Source: a virus. Taken from it: a DNA stretch of 64,000 nt. The stretch's first letter is position 1. Each line of letters begins with the position of its first letter. The translations under genes were made by a program, and so were the position numbers. The notes beneath the pieces were generated by a model, which had not been told where the DNA came from, ran no database searches, and was given only the letters and a program-made list of their open reading frames with translations. Location of the stretch: the IMG/VR virus record IMGVR_UViG_3300036402_000303, positions 12,727-76,726 of that record, one strand, 5' to 3'. Of the stretch, positions 1 to 9,599 are shown piece by piece.

Positions 1-1
1 T

Positions 2-154
2 CTCGACTTCCGTGAATTCTTTGACGAGCTTCCAGTCGCCTCCATTCAAATAAGCGGCGACAGCCGCTCGTTGAGCTTCAAGACCGAGGCCACTTTTGCC
101 CTGCTTGTCTGTCGAGACGCGATAGTACGCGACCCATTTTCCAGTTGCTTTCAT
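2..154 (-). CDS. Serine recombinase/resolvase, N-terminal part (runs off window)
   Basis: Manual translation from ATG at 154: MKATGKWVAYYRVSTDKQGKSGLGLEAQRAAV..., with the YxRVST catalytic-serine motif; not in ORF track. Confidence 0.9.
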   Translation of the reverse strand, partial: MKATGKWVAYYRVSTDKQGKSGLGLEAQRAAVAAYLNGGDWKLVKEFTEVE

Positions 155-169
155 CTCGGTCCTTACATT

Positions 170-191
170 CTAGTCAACGTTCGTTGACTAG
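170..191. promoter_or_regulatory. Perfect inverted repeat, probable res site/operator of the resolvase
   Basis: CTAGTCAACG-TT-CGTTGACTAG, 15 nt upstream of the resolvase start. Confidence 0.6.
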
Positions 192-549
192 TTTGTATAC
201 AGCGGGTGAGGCCTCAGCAACCGAAAACTTGCACACGATCAAAGAATCTTGCTCTCGAATCGTCAGGTCATGACGCGGCGGCGGGCGAGGCACCTTGCTG
301 TGTAAGGGCAGGCCCAAACATCCGCTGCATTGATCCATCCACCACGGCTTCCCAGCGCTGCACGTCGACGGCGGTGTGTCCGCGCGCCCGTGATCGATGG
401 CCGAACTTTTCTGACGGTATGCCGCCGCATCGACCGACCGCTCAACGCAACGAATTCCTAAAAGGCCATTTACCGGCCCCCCATACGCCCCTCCAAAAGA
501 CCCACCCTATTCAGCGGGCCGCTCTAAATCGCTGCCAGAAAGAAAAAAC

Positions 550-3500
550 ATGTCCGAAAACCTATCCGTCATGACCAAGTTCACAGCTCATGACGAAGCT
601 TCGCCAGTCGTCAGGAAACTGCTGTCGAACATCCAGCGGCTTGAACGCGGTGTGAAGAACTTCAACAGCGCGTTTGGTGCATCCGCTGACGCCGGAACTG
701 CCGCGTTCGGCAATTGGTCGAAATTGACCGACCGATTGAACCAATCGTTAAAGGCTTCTGTCCGTGGCGCAAACGATTATGGCCGGGAATGGCAGCGGAA
801 TCATGAAACCCGTCTGCGTGGCGAACAGCGCTTGCACGCCTCAATCCTTCGCTTGGATCAAATTGCCTTTAATCGCCGCATGTCGCAGCATGCCGCCATC
901 ACCAGGCAGCAATCAAGTCTTACACATCGTGAACCCGCTCCATCGCGCATGACCGGTAGTAGCCGGTACGGCATCTCGCCAGTGAGGACCGCAATCGTCG
1001 GTGGCATCGCCTCTGCGGGCATCGCGTCGGTCTTCAAGCGCCGAATGGAAATCGACACCGCTGAAGTGAAGGCCAGAATTTTCGGAGAGCTTTCGAAAGA
1101 CGATATCAAGCAGTCCCGTCGCTGGATCGATAAAGACTCGATCAAGTACGGAGTTTCGTCTGGCAAGATCGTTGATGCCTTTACGGAATCGCTCAAGGCC
1201 GGATTCAGCCGGGATGCGGCGCAACAGATCGCGCAAGGCGCTCTGAAGGCCCAGAGCGCGGTCGAACTCGATATCGGCCAGCTGATTAAGCTGAGCGGCA
1301 AAACGGCAACTATTTTCGGCGGCGACGTTAAAAACACGGATCCAGCCCGCGTCTTGAAATTGATGAATGCCATTGCCGTGGCGTCGGCTGAGACCGCCGC
1401 GGACCCGGATGAGGTCATTGAAGGCTTCAAGAAAGGCAACGCAGCGCTGGCGATGTCGAAAATGTCGGAAGCCGACCTTGCGGCGATTCTGTCGGTCGGC
1501 ATCTCGGGCGGCATCCAACCAAGCAAGGCGGGAAATGCCGTCTCCAATCTGGTCTCGACTATTGTCGGCGGCAAGAGCGCTCGCGGGCAGAAGGCCCAAG
1601 ACTTGAACGAAGCCGCCCGCATGCTCGGTTACGGTGGCAAGAACAATCTTTCAGATCGGATGACGAACGATCCGACCAACGTCCTGGTCGAGATGTTCCA
1701 GCGATTGAACGCCTTGTCGGAGCAGAACAAAACCAAGGTTGCTCGCAGGCTCGGTGGGTCAGAATGGGACGATGAGATTTTGATGCTGGCTAAGCCGGTC
1801 GATCAGATCGTTGCGACGCTCAGGGCCGTGAAGTCCAAAGTAGATATGATGGACAAGTCATCGGCTGAGAAGCTGAATTCGCTTCAAGGACGGTGGTCTA
1901 GCATCTCGGCTGCGTTCGGTCTCGGATTGGAGAAATTTGGAGCAGGCTTCGAAGATCCATTTATCGAGATCTCCGACTGGTTCCGATCAAAAATCGATAA
2001 GCTTGATTTCGATTCCGTCAGGAGGAAATCAAAGCAACTCGTCGACGGATTTAAGGCGGCTTTTGGTATTGCAGATATCAAGCAGTCCCTCGACGGCATG
2101 CTGAGCAAAATTCAATCCACCAACGTCACGAAGGTTGTTGATTTTGCGGCCGGGGTCGCGTCAGGCATCAAATCGGTCGCTGACAGTTTCGCAACTGCGA
2201 TCAGATCCATCGCCAGCGTCATGGGCAAGGATGGTAATGACACCGCAGTCCTCGGCAAACTCACCGGACAGATCATCGGCTTGTCCGTAGCGTTAGGATT
2301 GCTGGCGCCTGTCCTGACCGTGCTCGCGGGCTTGATTGGCATTGTTCGTGGTGCAGCACTGTTGCTTGGAGTCGGCACTGCCGCCCGCATTGGTGCACGT
2401 ACTGCACTTGGAGTGGCCGGTGGACCCGCCGCTGGGATGGCGTTGCTTGGCGACGGTAAGCCCGGCAATAGCGCATCCGACATCACCGGGCTTCAGGACG
2501 CGATCAAAGCGGAGAGGGAGAGGAAGCGTCTGCTTAAGGAAGCTGGTAAGGGCGATGGCAGAGCCGACCCGCTCTTCCATCCGACCAGCCTCCGCAGCGA
2601 CATCGGCGACAAGTTCGATAAGATGGGCGCGAAGCTTGAGCGCATCGCCTTCCAAGGCGGCGGGATGACCGACCTCAGTTCGAGAAATCGGACCGGTGGC
2701 GGCATCCAGAACGCCATAATGGGCGGCGGATCAAGCAGCGGCGGCACCGGTGGTATGACAAAATTGCTCAGCGGCGTCGGAACTCCGAGCGCTTTGTTCA
2801 ATGGCGTGCCGGGTAGCGCTTTGCCAAACTTCGGCATAGGCCGCAGCGGAACCATCATCAGGCGAGGCGGAGTTGGTGGCATCGTCAACCAGGACAGTAT
2901 CCCGTCGTTCACTGGCGGTGGTGGATCGGTGGCCGACAATGTCGGGGCCGGCTTGTCGGGTAACGCGTTCCTTGCAGCTCGCCGAGGAAAGTTCGCCGAG
3001 GAGATGAAGAACGATCCAAGCCTGAGGATGCATCTCGCTGCCATGCAGCAGACCGAGGGTATCAGCAAAGGCGGAACTATTGAGAGCCTGATGAACCGCG
3101 CGGACATGCAAGGGAAGTCCCTCCGGCAGATGCTTGGCTACAGTGCTGACGGACAGATCAACCCGAGGAGCTTCTACGGTCCAATCCGTCGAGGTGAACT
3201 CGGTCCGGCAATCCGCAGGCTGCAGAGCAACCCGAAGGAGTTCGCGAAGTACGACGGCTACACCCAGCGCGCTCTTGCGGGCAATCACGCCATTGGCGGT
3301 TACACTGACCAGGGCCTGCCCACTGATCCGAACGGATCGAAGAGAACCGGCGGTCGGTTCCCGTTCATGAAGATCAGTCCGAAGGACGGTAACGAGTTCA
3401 CTGATTGGGTTGGACCGGGATCGCAATGGGGTAAGGGCCGTGCCGGTGCGATGAACTATCGCAAGTTCATCGAAAACGGCATCGCCGGGTCCGGCCCGGT

Positions 3501-3720
3501 GACCAGCAACGTGCCTTCAGCTGCTGAGAACATTCAGAACGTCCCGATGCTGAAGCCGAATAACGACGCAGGTCTCGGCGGCAGGGGCGGTCGTGGCGGC
3601 TCGACGATCAATATCAACGGTGGAAGCCATGACGCGGAGTCGCTTGCAACGCTGGTCCAGCGTCGCGTCGACGACTCGATGCAGTGGCGAACCCACGACA
3701 GCGAGTCTGAATATACATGA
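550..3720 (+). CDS. Phage tail tape measure-like protein (TP901-type core) with C-terminal putative cell-wall-hydrolase-like domain
   Basis: 1056 aa; TMP-type N-terminus (FTAHDEASPVVRKL), helical Ala/Gly-rich core, hydrophobic segment, C-terminal AAMQQTEG..ESLMNRA..FYGP domain, TININGG terminal motif. Confidence 0.8.
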   Translation: MSENLSVMTKFTAHDEASPVVRKLLSNIQRLERGVKNFNSAFGASADAGTAAFGNWSKLTDRLNQSLKASVRGANDYGREWQRNHETRLRGEQRLHASILRLDQIAFNRRMSQHAAITRQQSSLTHREPAPSRMTGSSRYGISPVRTAIVGGIASAGIASVFKRRMEIDTAEVKARIFGELSKDDIKQSRRWIDKDSIKYGVSSGKIVDAFTESLKAGFSRDAAQQIAQGALKAQSAVELDIGQLIKLSGKTATIFGGDVKNTDPARVLKLMNAIAVASAETAADPDEVIEGFKKGNAALAMSKMSEADLAAILSVGISGGIQPSKAGNAVSNLVSTIVGGKSARGQKAQDLNEAARMLGYGGKNNLSDRMTNDPTNVLVEMFQRLNALSEQNKTKVARRLGGSEWDDEILMLAKPVDQIVATLRAVKSKVDMMDKSSAEKLNSLQGRWSSISAAFGLGLEKFGAGFEDPFIEISDWFRSKIDKLDFDSVRRKSKQLVDGFKAAFGIADIKQSLDGMLSKIQSTNVTKVVDFAAGVASGIKSVADSFATAIRSIASVMGKDGNDTAVLGKLTGQIIGLSVALGLLAPVLTVLAGLIGIVRGAALLLGVGTAARIGARTALGVAGGPAAGMALLGDGKPGNSASDITGLQDAIKAERERKRLLKEAGKGDGRADPLFHPTSLRSDIGDKFDKMGAKLERIAFQGGGMTDLSSRNRTGGGIQNAIMGGGSSSGGTGGMTKLLSGVGTPSALFNGVPGSALPNFGIGRSGTIIRRGGVGGIVNQDSIPSFTGGGGSVADNVGAGLSGNAFLAARRGKFAEEMKNDPSLRMHLAAMQQTEGISKGGTIESLMNRADMQGKSLRQMLGYSADGQINPRSFYGPIRRGELGPAIRRLQSNPKEFAKYDGYTQRALAGNHAIGGYTDQGLPTDPNGSKRTGGRFPFMKISPKDGNEFTDWVGPGSQWGKGRAGAMNYRKFIENGIAGSGPVTSNVPSAAENIQNVPMLKPNNDAGLGGRGGRGGSTININGGSHDAESLATLVQRRVDDSMQWRTHDSESEYT

Positions 3721-3726
3721 TCTATT

Positions 3727-3755
3727 CCCGGCCCTTCCACTGAGGGGCGGGCTTT
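3727..3755 (+). terminator. Probable intrinsic terminator
   Basis: CCCGGCCCTT-CCACT-GAGGGGCGGG-CTTT right after the TMP stop. Confidence 0.55.
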
Positions 3756-3835
3756 GTCTGAATGCAAACGAATACAAATCGCTATGCAAATGCGAATCAG
3801 TCTGAGTGATCTATCTCAACCAGAGATAGAGGGTC

Positions 3836-4375
3836 ATGAATATGGAAATTGAAAGCAAAGTCGAAACTCTGATCCATCAACTTTTCAAAGTTGATGGATC
3901 AGCCGTTCTCGTCAACGCAGCGCAGTCCTCTGCCTACTCCCTATTGGTATTCCTTGATTTTGTCACAGCGCAGGAGTCCTTTAACGGAATTGGGCACACC
4001 CAGCCGTTACACAACGGCTGGCCGAAACAGTCGCGCTCCGTCATCACGATCTTGAAGGCCGCGTATCCCCCTTACCCGAGGGGTAACATGGCGCAGGAGA
4101 ACAAACTGGCGGCAGCGGAATTGGAAAAACTACGAGGAACGATCGACTTTCAACATATCTTGGACGGCGCAGTGCGGTATGCAAACAGTCGGCGGGGTCA
4201 GAACTGTAGGAATAATGACAGACTTTCGGCGTTCCTTGCCGAACGGAAATGGGAAGTCCAAGATAATTCATCGGTCAAGCCGCCGGATAATGACAACGAT
4301 CCAGATGACCGTCGGCGGAAGATGCGGTCGTCATTCTCATCTGCTAGCCCAAGTGAGGAGGCCGCTCGAAACTAG
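3836..4375 (+). CDS. Hypothetical protein; C-terminal half resembles a phage replication protein C-terminal domain
   Basis: AYPPYPRG...ILDGAVRYA...FLAERKWE pattern; RBS-like GAGGG. Confidence 0.45.
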   Translation: MNMEIESKVETLIHQLFKVDGSAVLVNAAQSSAYSLLVFLDFVTAQESFNGIGHTQPLHNGWPKQSRSVITILKAAYPPYPRGNMAQENKLAAAELEKLRGTIDFQHILDGAVRYANSRRGQNCRNNDRLSAFLAERKWEVQDNSSVKPPDNDNDPDDRRRKMRSSFSSASPSEEAARN

Positions 4376-4601
4376 AATGTTTTGCAACATGGGTCGCGGA
4401 GGAGGCAGGCCGCTCTTGGGGCTCGAGAGTCTCCTGGCGGGAGGTCGCCGGTGTAAATCAGGCAGGGTGCGAGAGGGGGTACGGCCTTCCAAAAGACTCC
4501 ACCCCAATCGGGAGGTTCAGTGGCGCGCTGTGCTGCGCATGACCGGCGCGCGCTCCGCGCTGAGAGTCGACAACGGCGCCGCCGTCGGGCAGAACAGTTC
4601 C

Positions 4602-4838
4602 ATGCGTATCCCTCTGATGTTGCTTGTCACCTTACCCCTCCTGACTGCTTGCGGCGGCGGTTACCACCCCCTCGAAGGCCCTGTCGCAGACATGCGAGGC
4701 GTCGACGCCAACAAATACAATCAGGATCTGGTCGTCTGCCAGGACCAGAAACGCCAGGCGTCGTTCGTAGGGTCCGCGCAAATGATCTCGAACTGCATGG
4801 CCGCGAAGGGTTACACGATCATCGAGCCGAAGGGCTGA
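4602..4838 (+). CDS. Small lipoprotein
   Basis: MRIPLMLLVTLPLLTAC lipobox; C..CMAAKGY motif. Confidence 0.7.
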   Translation: MRIPLMLLVTLPLLTACGGGYHPLEGPVADMRGVDANKYNQDLVVCQDQKRQASFVGSAQMISNCMAAKGYTIIEPKG

Positions 4839-4842
4839 CGGC

Positions 4843-5091
4843 GTGCGCATCACGCTCGTCCCGCTGACCATCCTGCCGCTCCTGGCCGCCTGCAGCACCA
4901 ACAGCGCCCTGGAGACGCCCGTCGTCGACCAATGCGGCGTCCCCCATGAGGAGTTCACGGCAGACTAGGCCGAGTGCATCGATCGCGCGGCCCAAAGCGC
5001 CCCAGTGTCGTTCGGCGCGCCGATGACCGCCTGCATGCGCGAGAAGGGCTACCCGATACTGGCGGGCAGGAGCCGAGGCGATCGAGTGTAG
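4843..5091 (+). pseudogene. Paralogous small lipoprotein interrupted by an in-frame TAG (4966-4968)
   Basis: GTG start, ...LPLLAACSTNSALETPVVDQCGV...TAD*AECIDR...SFGAPMTACMREKGY; collinear with the upstream lipoprotein. Confidence 0.7.
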
Positions 5092-5144
5092 CGAGGGCTG
5101 CGCCCTGAGATGACAATTATGCCGGTGGCGCGTACCTTCCGGAG

Positions 5145-5609
5145 ATGGCCGTCATCAAGATACCAACGAGCGAACAGCAGAAGGAAGCCGAGGACGGCTA
5201 TGCCATCCTTGTCGGAAGGGTGAGCCTGCTGTGGGCAAAGATCCACGAAGACTTGGCTCAGATCTACATCTACAGGTTCAACTCTGCTGCAGCCAGACTG
5301 GCCGAGGCCGATTGGTATTCGCACAGGTCGGACAGCGCGCAGCGCGAGCTGCTGACGAAAACGATCGAGCGGATGGATATCCGCGGCGCCGAAACCTTTC
5401 CAAATGCCAAAGGGGACTTGCTCTGGTCCATCGGCCGGATCAACACGCTCGCCAGGATCCGCACGGTGAGGTCGGTCGCTTCGCGCCCGTGCATGTGCGC
5501 CATGACCTGGCCCAGGTCACGCTTGTCGACCAGCGGCCCGCAGATATCGCAATTCCCGAAGTGCTCGATCTCGGGGCGGCTGGGGTTCTCGACGTCGGTG
5601 CCGGTGTAG
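5145..5609 (+). CDS. Hypothetical protein, probably truncated near 5460
   Basis: GGAG RBS; protein-like first ~105 aa, then overlaps an opposite-strand gene. Confidence 0.4.
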   Translation: MAVIKIPTSEQQKEAEDGYAILVGRVSLLWAKIHEDLAQIYIYRFNSAAARLAEADWYSHRSDSAQRELLTKTIERMDIRGAETFPNAKGDLLWSIGRINTLARIRTVRSVASRPCMCAMTWPRSRLSTSGPQISQFPKCSISGRLGFSTSVPV

Positions 5610-5626
5610 CGCGGGATCTTCGGCAT
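5270..5626 (-). CDS. Small Cys/His protein (true coding part probably the first ~50 aa)
   Basis: HFGNCDICGPLVDKRDLGQVMAH motif. Confidence 0.45.
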   Translation of the reverse strand: MPKIPRYTGTDVENPSRPEIEHFGNCDICGPLVDKRDLGQVMAHMHGREATDLTVRILASVLIRPMDQSKSPLAFGKVSAPRISIRSIVFVSSSRCALSDLCEYQSASASLAAAELNL

Positions 5627-5945
5627 GGCTGATTTCTATGCTGGCCAGTCAGCCGAGCAGCCGGCTTAGCGCGACGGCGGCGGCGGTGACCAAACGTGAG
5701 AACGCTGGCTGCGGTCGGGATAAGGAAGGCGCGGTCTATGCGGGCACTCCAGGCTCACTGTGCCGGGGCCGCGGCAGTCGCACCGGAACATGGCACCTGG
5801 TTGCCGGATTTCGGATCGATCGCTCGGCTGCAATGAGCACAGGTGGGCGGAGGCTTCGTCTGTATTGATTCGCCATCGGCTTGTGTAGGGTAGCGAGCGC
5901 TCCGCGCATCCCCTATAAGCGAGGCGCTGCAGCCGACGAGGTCCC

Positions 5946-6380
5946 GTGAAAATCGAGAAGCCGAAGATCTATCACATCGCCAAATATCCGCCGCCGGTCG
6001 GCGGTCGCGTGAAGGTCTGGTTCGACAAAGCAACGTCCCATCTTCTGGTTGAGGACGAGACCGGTCGCGTCGGCTGGGACATCTATGGCGTGCCGCTGTC
6101 CGACGTCGTGTTCGAGACCGAAACGACGCCGCGCGGCGCCGTCCGTTGCCTGGCTCGTGGCACAATCATCGCAACCTCGAACACCAGAGCGGACCAAGAA
6201 GCGAGAGCCAACATCATCACGACTGGCCGCCCCATCGAGTTTTACTGGACCCGCGATAAGCAGTGGCCAATTGCGTCCGCCCGCGTGGCGCTCATAAGCA
6301 AGCCAGACGGCGGCTTCACCTCGTGCTACGCCGTCGATCCATCGCCGAGGGTAGCGAGCGCTCGGTCAGGCCAGCTGTGA
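5946..6380 (+). CDS. Hypothetical protein
   Basis: 144-aa ORF, GAGG RBS, protein-like composition. Confidence 0.55.
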   Translation: MKIEKPKIYHIAKYPPPVGGRVKVWFDKATSHLLVEDETGRVGWDIYGVPLSDVVFETETTPRGAVRCLARGTIIATSNTRADQEARANIITTGRPIEFYWTRDKQWPIASARVALISKPDGGFTSCYAVDPSPRVASARSGQL

Positions 6381-6443
6381 AGCGTTACGGATGAGCGGGG
6401 GCCGCTAAGCAGAATAGGGAAGTGCCCGCCGCATAGCTCTCTC

Positions 6444-8126
6444 TCATTGATGGGCAGTAAAGCCGCTGAGGAGTTCCGGGTCTGACGGATTGGCGACCTT
6501 GGGTATGGCGTCGATCACGCGGGTCATAGCCATCACAGACACGTCGCCATAGTCATCGCCAGATGTTCGCGCCGCATGACCTTGGATGGCATCAACGACT
6601 CGCGGATCAAACCCAAGGTCGCGGCTGATCGTCTTGAAGCGATGCCGCCATGCATGGTTAGGCTGGACTCGTTCGTCGGTGACAACCGTCCGTACCAGAG
6701 CTACGACTTGAGTGTAGCAGCCCTCTGCAAACAGCGGCCCGTCATCTGACTCATCAACGAACTCCAATAGGCCTAATTCGATCAGGTGTTGGTGGATCGG
6801 CACGAGTCGAAATATCCCGGTTTTGATCCCGCCAGCCAGCGGGTTCAGGTCGAAAATTTGACGTCCGGACTCTTCACGGATGTCCTCCTTGCGAAGCTGC
6901 AAGGCCTCGCTGATCCGGCAGCCAGTGTAAGCGGCAATAAGAGGAGACCACCGCTTGGTTGCCGCCGTTCTGGGATACTCTTTCGGTTTTCGCACGTAAG
7001 ACAAGCACGCGCGGAAAACAGCTGCCGATTCCTGATCCGTGAACCCCTTTTTCCGGGTTACAATTTTCTTCGGCGCTTTGATTTTAACTGCATCAGCCGG
7101 ATTCTTGGTTAGCTTTCGATTGTCCACGGCCCAGCCGAGCACCGACTTAATCCCCGGCAGATCGCCGTCTTTGAAGGTCTTTGCGGTCACCACCTTGAGA
7201 CGGGCATCCTTGTATTCAAGCATGTTTGCCTCTGTCAGGCGGCTTGCATCATCGTGATCAAGATGTTTAACGAGCCTGTCGATGGCGCCCTTGTAAGTGT
7301 CATATGTGCTTTGGGTACGTCCGGTAGCCTTGGCTTCCTTCCACCACAGGTCAAGCAATCCCGTGATCGTCTGCTTTCGTTTCGCCGCTGCGACGGTTTC
7401 GACCAGCGGGAAGCGAATGGCCTTTGGGTCAGGGCTGTAGTCGCCCTCTGCATTGCGTTTCAGTTGCCAACCAGCATCTAACGAGGCCGTCCCGACGAGG
7501 CGAAGGAGGCGTTGCCGATCTTCCGGGACAAGGTGAATGCGATGCCGAATTAATACGTAGTCCGTCAGCAAGCCGAACCGCTCTTGGAGGACGTTGTACT
7601 GCCCGGCAGGGAAGGCGTTGATCGCCTCCGTCAGGTTTCCAGTCCCGAATAGCTCTTTCGCGAGGGCCGCCTCATTCACCTTAAGAGTGGCGGGTGGAGT
7701 ACTCGGGATGCGTCCCTCAATCGCCGCTCTATGGAACGCTTTGTGGTAAGCCCAGACATCCGGCTCTCCGGGATCATTCCCATGAACTTCCTGATAGAGC
7801 CGGTATGCCTCGCCGCTCAGTGCCACCATATCCTTGTGCGACAAGCTGACAGGACCAGCGGCGGTCATCTCAAATAGCCGCTGCAGGTGCTCAAGGGCGT
7901 CCACATGACGCGCCTTGGCAATGCGTTCGTCGCTTTCCCCAAGGGAGAATGCAACGTCGGTCCCGATGGTCACGACCTTGATGTAGGCCGGTCCAAGCTG
8001 GCTCGACAGGTGCAATAGAACTTTCATGCCGCGTAGCCGGTCAACAACTTTGGCCGGGACGCGACAGCGGAATTGGGGGACGCTGGATCGGGAACGCTTA
8101 TCCATCAAGTACTTTAAGGAAACCAT
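6444..8126 (-). CDS. int: Tyrosine recombinase/integrase with DUF6538-like N-terminus
   Basis: YTGCRISE (R), IKT (K), HAWRH (HxxR), IQGH, DDYG (Y); start likely ATG 8126. Confidence 0.92.
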   Translation of the reverse strand: MVSLKYLMDKRSRSSVPQFRCRVPAKVVDRLRGMKVLLHLSSQLGPAYIKVVTIGTDVAFSLGESDERIAKARHVDALEHLQRLFEMTAAGPVSLSHKDMVALSGEAYRLYQEVHGNDPGEPDVWAYHKAFHRAAIEGRIPSTPPATLKVNEAALAKELFGTGNLTEAINAFPAGQYNVLQERFGLLTDYVLIRHRIHLVPEDRQRLLRLVGTASLDAGWQLKRNAEGDYSPDPKAIRFPLVETVAAAKRKQTITGLLDLWWKEAKATGRTQSTYDTYKGAIDRLVKHLDHDDASRLTEANMLEYKDARLKVVTAKTFKDGDLPGIKSVLGWAVDNRKLTKNPADAVKIKAPKKIVTRKKGFTDQESAAVFRACLSYVRKPKEYPRTAATKRWSPLIAAYTGCRISEALQLRKEDIREESGRQIFDLNPLAGGIKTGIFRLVPIHQHLIELGLLEFVDESDDGPLFAEGCYTQVVALVRTVVTDERVQPNHAWRHRFKTISRDLGFDPRVVDAIQGHAARTSGDDYGDVSVMAMTRVIDAIPKVANPSDPELLSGFTAHQ

Positions 8127-8130
8127 GGTC

Positions 8131-8153
8131 TGTGTGGCACCATTGTGTGGCAC
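8131..8153. repeat. Tandem TGTGTGGCAC direct repeats, probable integrase arm-type sites
   Basis: Exact 10-mer at 8131-8140 and 8144-8153 between integrase start and att core. Confidence 0.6.
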
Positions 8154-8198
8154 TCAGGACCGAATTTCCAATAAAATCAACATCTCCAATGGGATGAG

Positions 8199-8250
8199 TG
8201 GTGCTGCCAGACAGGATTGAACTGTCGACCTCTCCATTACCAATGGAGTG
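8199..8250 (-). tRNA. 3' fragment of tRNA-Thr(GGT) (52 nt) serving as att core; 5' part absent
   Basis: Minus strand CACTCCATTGGTAATGGAGAGGTCGACAGTTCAATCCTGTCTGGCAGCACCA = anticodon arm (GGT), T arm, acceptor strand, CCA; upstream sequence is not a D arm. Confidence 0.88.
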
Positions 8251-8267
8251 GGCGATTTGACATAAAC

Positions 8268-9599
8268 TCATGCGGGACGGGCCTTTCTTGGCTTTGCTAC
8301 ACCGTCGCGTGTCAGGTTCGTGCCCATATCATCCAGCTCATTCACCAGCTGGCGCCGGTATTCCGGGGCGTCGTGCGAATAGCCCATGACCGACCGGATA
8401 TCGAGCCAGCCGCCTTGCTCCATTGCCGCGCGGGGGTCTCGCCGCAGCATCTTCTGAGCCAGCATGTGCCTGAACCAGTGCTGCGTCACCTTGCCGATCA
8501 GGGCGGCGTCGGCGCCGGCCTGGTCCCGCGCTTCGGCAGCGGCCTTACGCTGGCCCGCCTTCATCAGCCGCGTATAGGTGGCCTCGCCAGCGTCGATAAT
8601 GGCCGCAGCGGCCCGGCGCTTTGCTGCATTGAAGCCGGTCTTGTTCTGGCCACCGCCTGCCTTGCCATTGTCGGCGTAGGGCTGGCGGCGGTAAGTCAAG
8701 AATAGCGGTGCCTCCCGGTCATGCAGCTTGCCACGCCATTTCAGATAATCCTTCAGCACCGCCACCGCGGTCGGATCCAGCGCCGCGGAAACGTCCTCGC
8801 CGTTCTTCGTGGCGGGGAATGTGATCTGCTCCCGGCCCTTGGCAAGGATCAGGTCGCATACTCTTGCGGCATAGATGATCGAAGACACCCTGGCACCGGT
8901 GGCCCGCTCCACAGCGAGCTGCGCCCTGATGCTGATGTGGCAGGCATCAAACAGCGCCCTCACCAAGTCCGGCCGCAGATCCGTCACCCGCCGGCGGACC
9001 CGCCGGTTCGGATTGCGGGCAGCCTGATCGCGTTCGAACTTCGGCACCTCAGCAAGGCCGTGGTTTCGCTGAGAATAGTGCAGAAAGGACAGTAAGCCGC
9101 CCAGGAAGCGTTCGCGGGCCGACGCTGTGTTGCCCGTCATCCGGCCTGGGAACGCGCTGCCGTCAGGCTTTGCGCCGCCGTCGATCCATTGCTTCCACTC
9201 GTCGGGCCGCAGCTCGTTGAACCGTCGAGCGCCGAACTTCTTGACCGTCTCCTTGACGATATTGACCGAGGTAGCGCCAAGCGGCCGGCGCCTGGGCATT
9301 GCCAGGTAGGCCGCGGCGGCTATCGCAACTGGATCACCTCGCCCAGCTTTGCCGGTGACCTTCGCTTTGACGTCCTCGATGTAGGAATCGAGCGCTGTTT
9401 CTGCTTCGGTCTGGCTGGTGGCCGCAACGGCCAGGCCAAGACTTTGTCGGACGCGGACTGAACGGCCTGCGACCCGTAGGGTACCGACTGCGTGCCAGTT
9501 ACCGTCTCGCTCTTTGAGCGCGATCCCGCGAGCACGCCGCCCGGGGCGCTTTCCCTTTCGATCGCCGCCTCGAGATTTTGGAACGCAGTCGCCGACCAT
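8268..9599 (-). CDS. int: Prophage tyrosine integrase
   Basis: TGARVSS (R), TKNG (K), HWFRH, GGW, MGY motifs; ends next to att; start probably ATG 9599 (ORF extends to 9677). Confidence 0.9.
   Translation of the reverse strand: MVGDCVPKSRGGDRKGKRPGRRARGIALKERDGNWHAVGTLRVAGRSVRVRQSLGLAVAATSQTEAETALDSYIEDVKAKVTGKAGRGDPVAIAAAAYLAMPRRRPLGATSVNIVKETVKKFGARRFNELRPDEWKQWIDGGAKPDGSAFPGRMTGNTASARERFLGGLLSFLHYSQRNHGLAEVPKFERDQAARNPNRRVRRRVTDLRPDLVRALFDACHISIRAQLAVERATGARVSSIIYAARVCDLILAKGREQITFPATKNGEDVSAALDPTAVAVLKDYLKWRGKLHDREAPLFLTYRRQPYADNGKAGGGQNKTGFNAAKRRAAAAIIDAGEATYTRLMKAGQRKAAAEARDQAGADAALIGKVTQHWFRHMLAQKMLRRDPRAAMEQGGWLDIRSVMGYSHDAPEYRRQLVNELDDMGTNLTRDGVAKPRKARPA

Larger units (their letters stand above)
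1..8198. mobile_element. Integrative element/phage-related island integrated at the tRNA-Thr 3' end (left end outside window)
   Basis: Tyrosine integrase directly after the tRNA CCA end, plus resolvase, tape-measure-like gene and phage-type small genes. Confidence 0.7.

Noticed and set aside
206-574. 122-aa ORF upstream of the orphan TMP as a tail chaperone
   Set aside because: No RBS, low-complexity Pro/Arg/Cys composition, no chaperone features
8199-8250. Functional tRNA-Thr gene
   Set aside because: The 5' acceptor strand and D arm are missing; it is only an att duplicate
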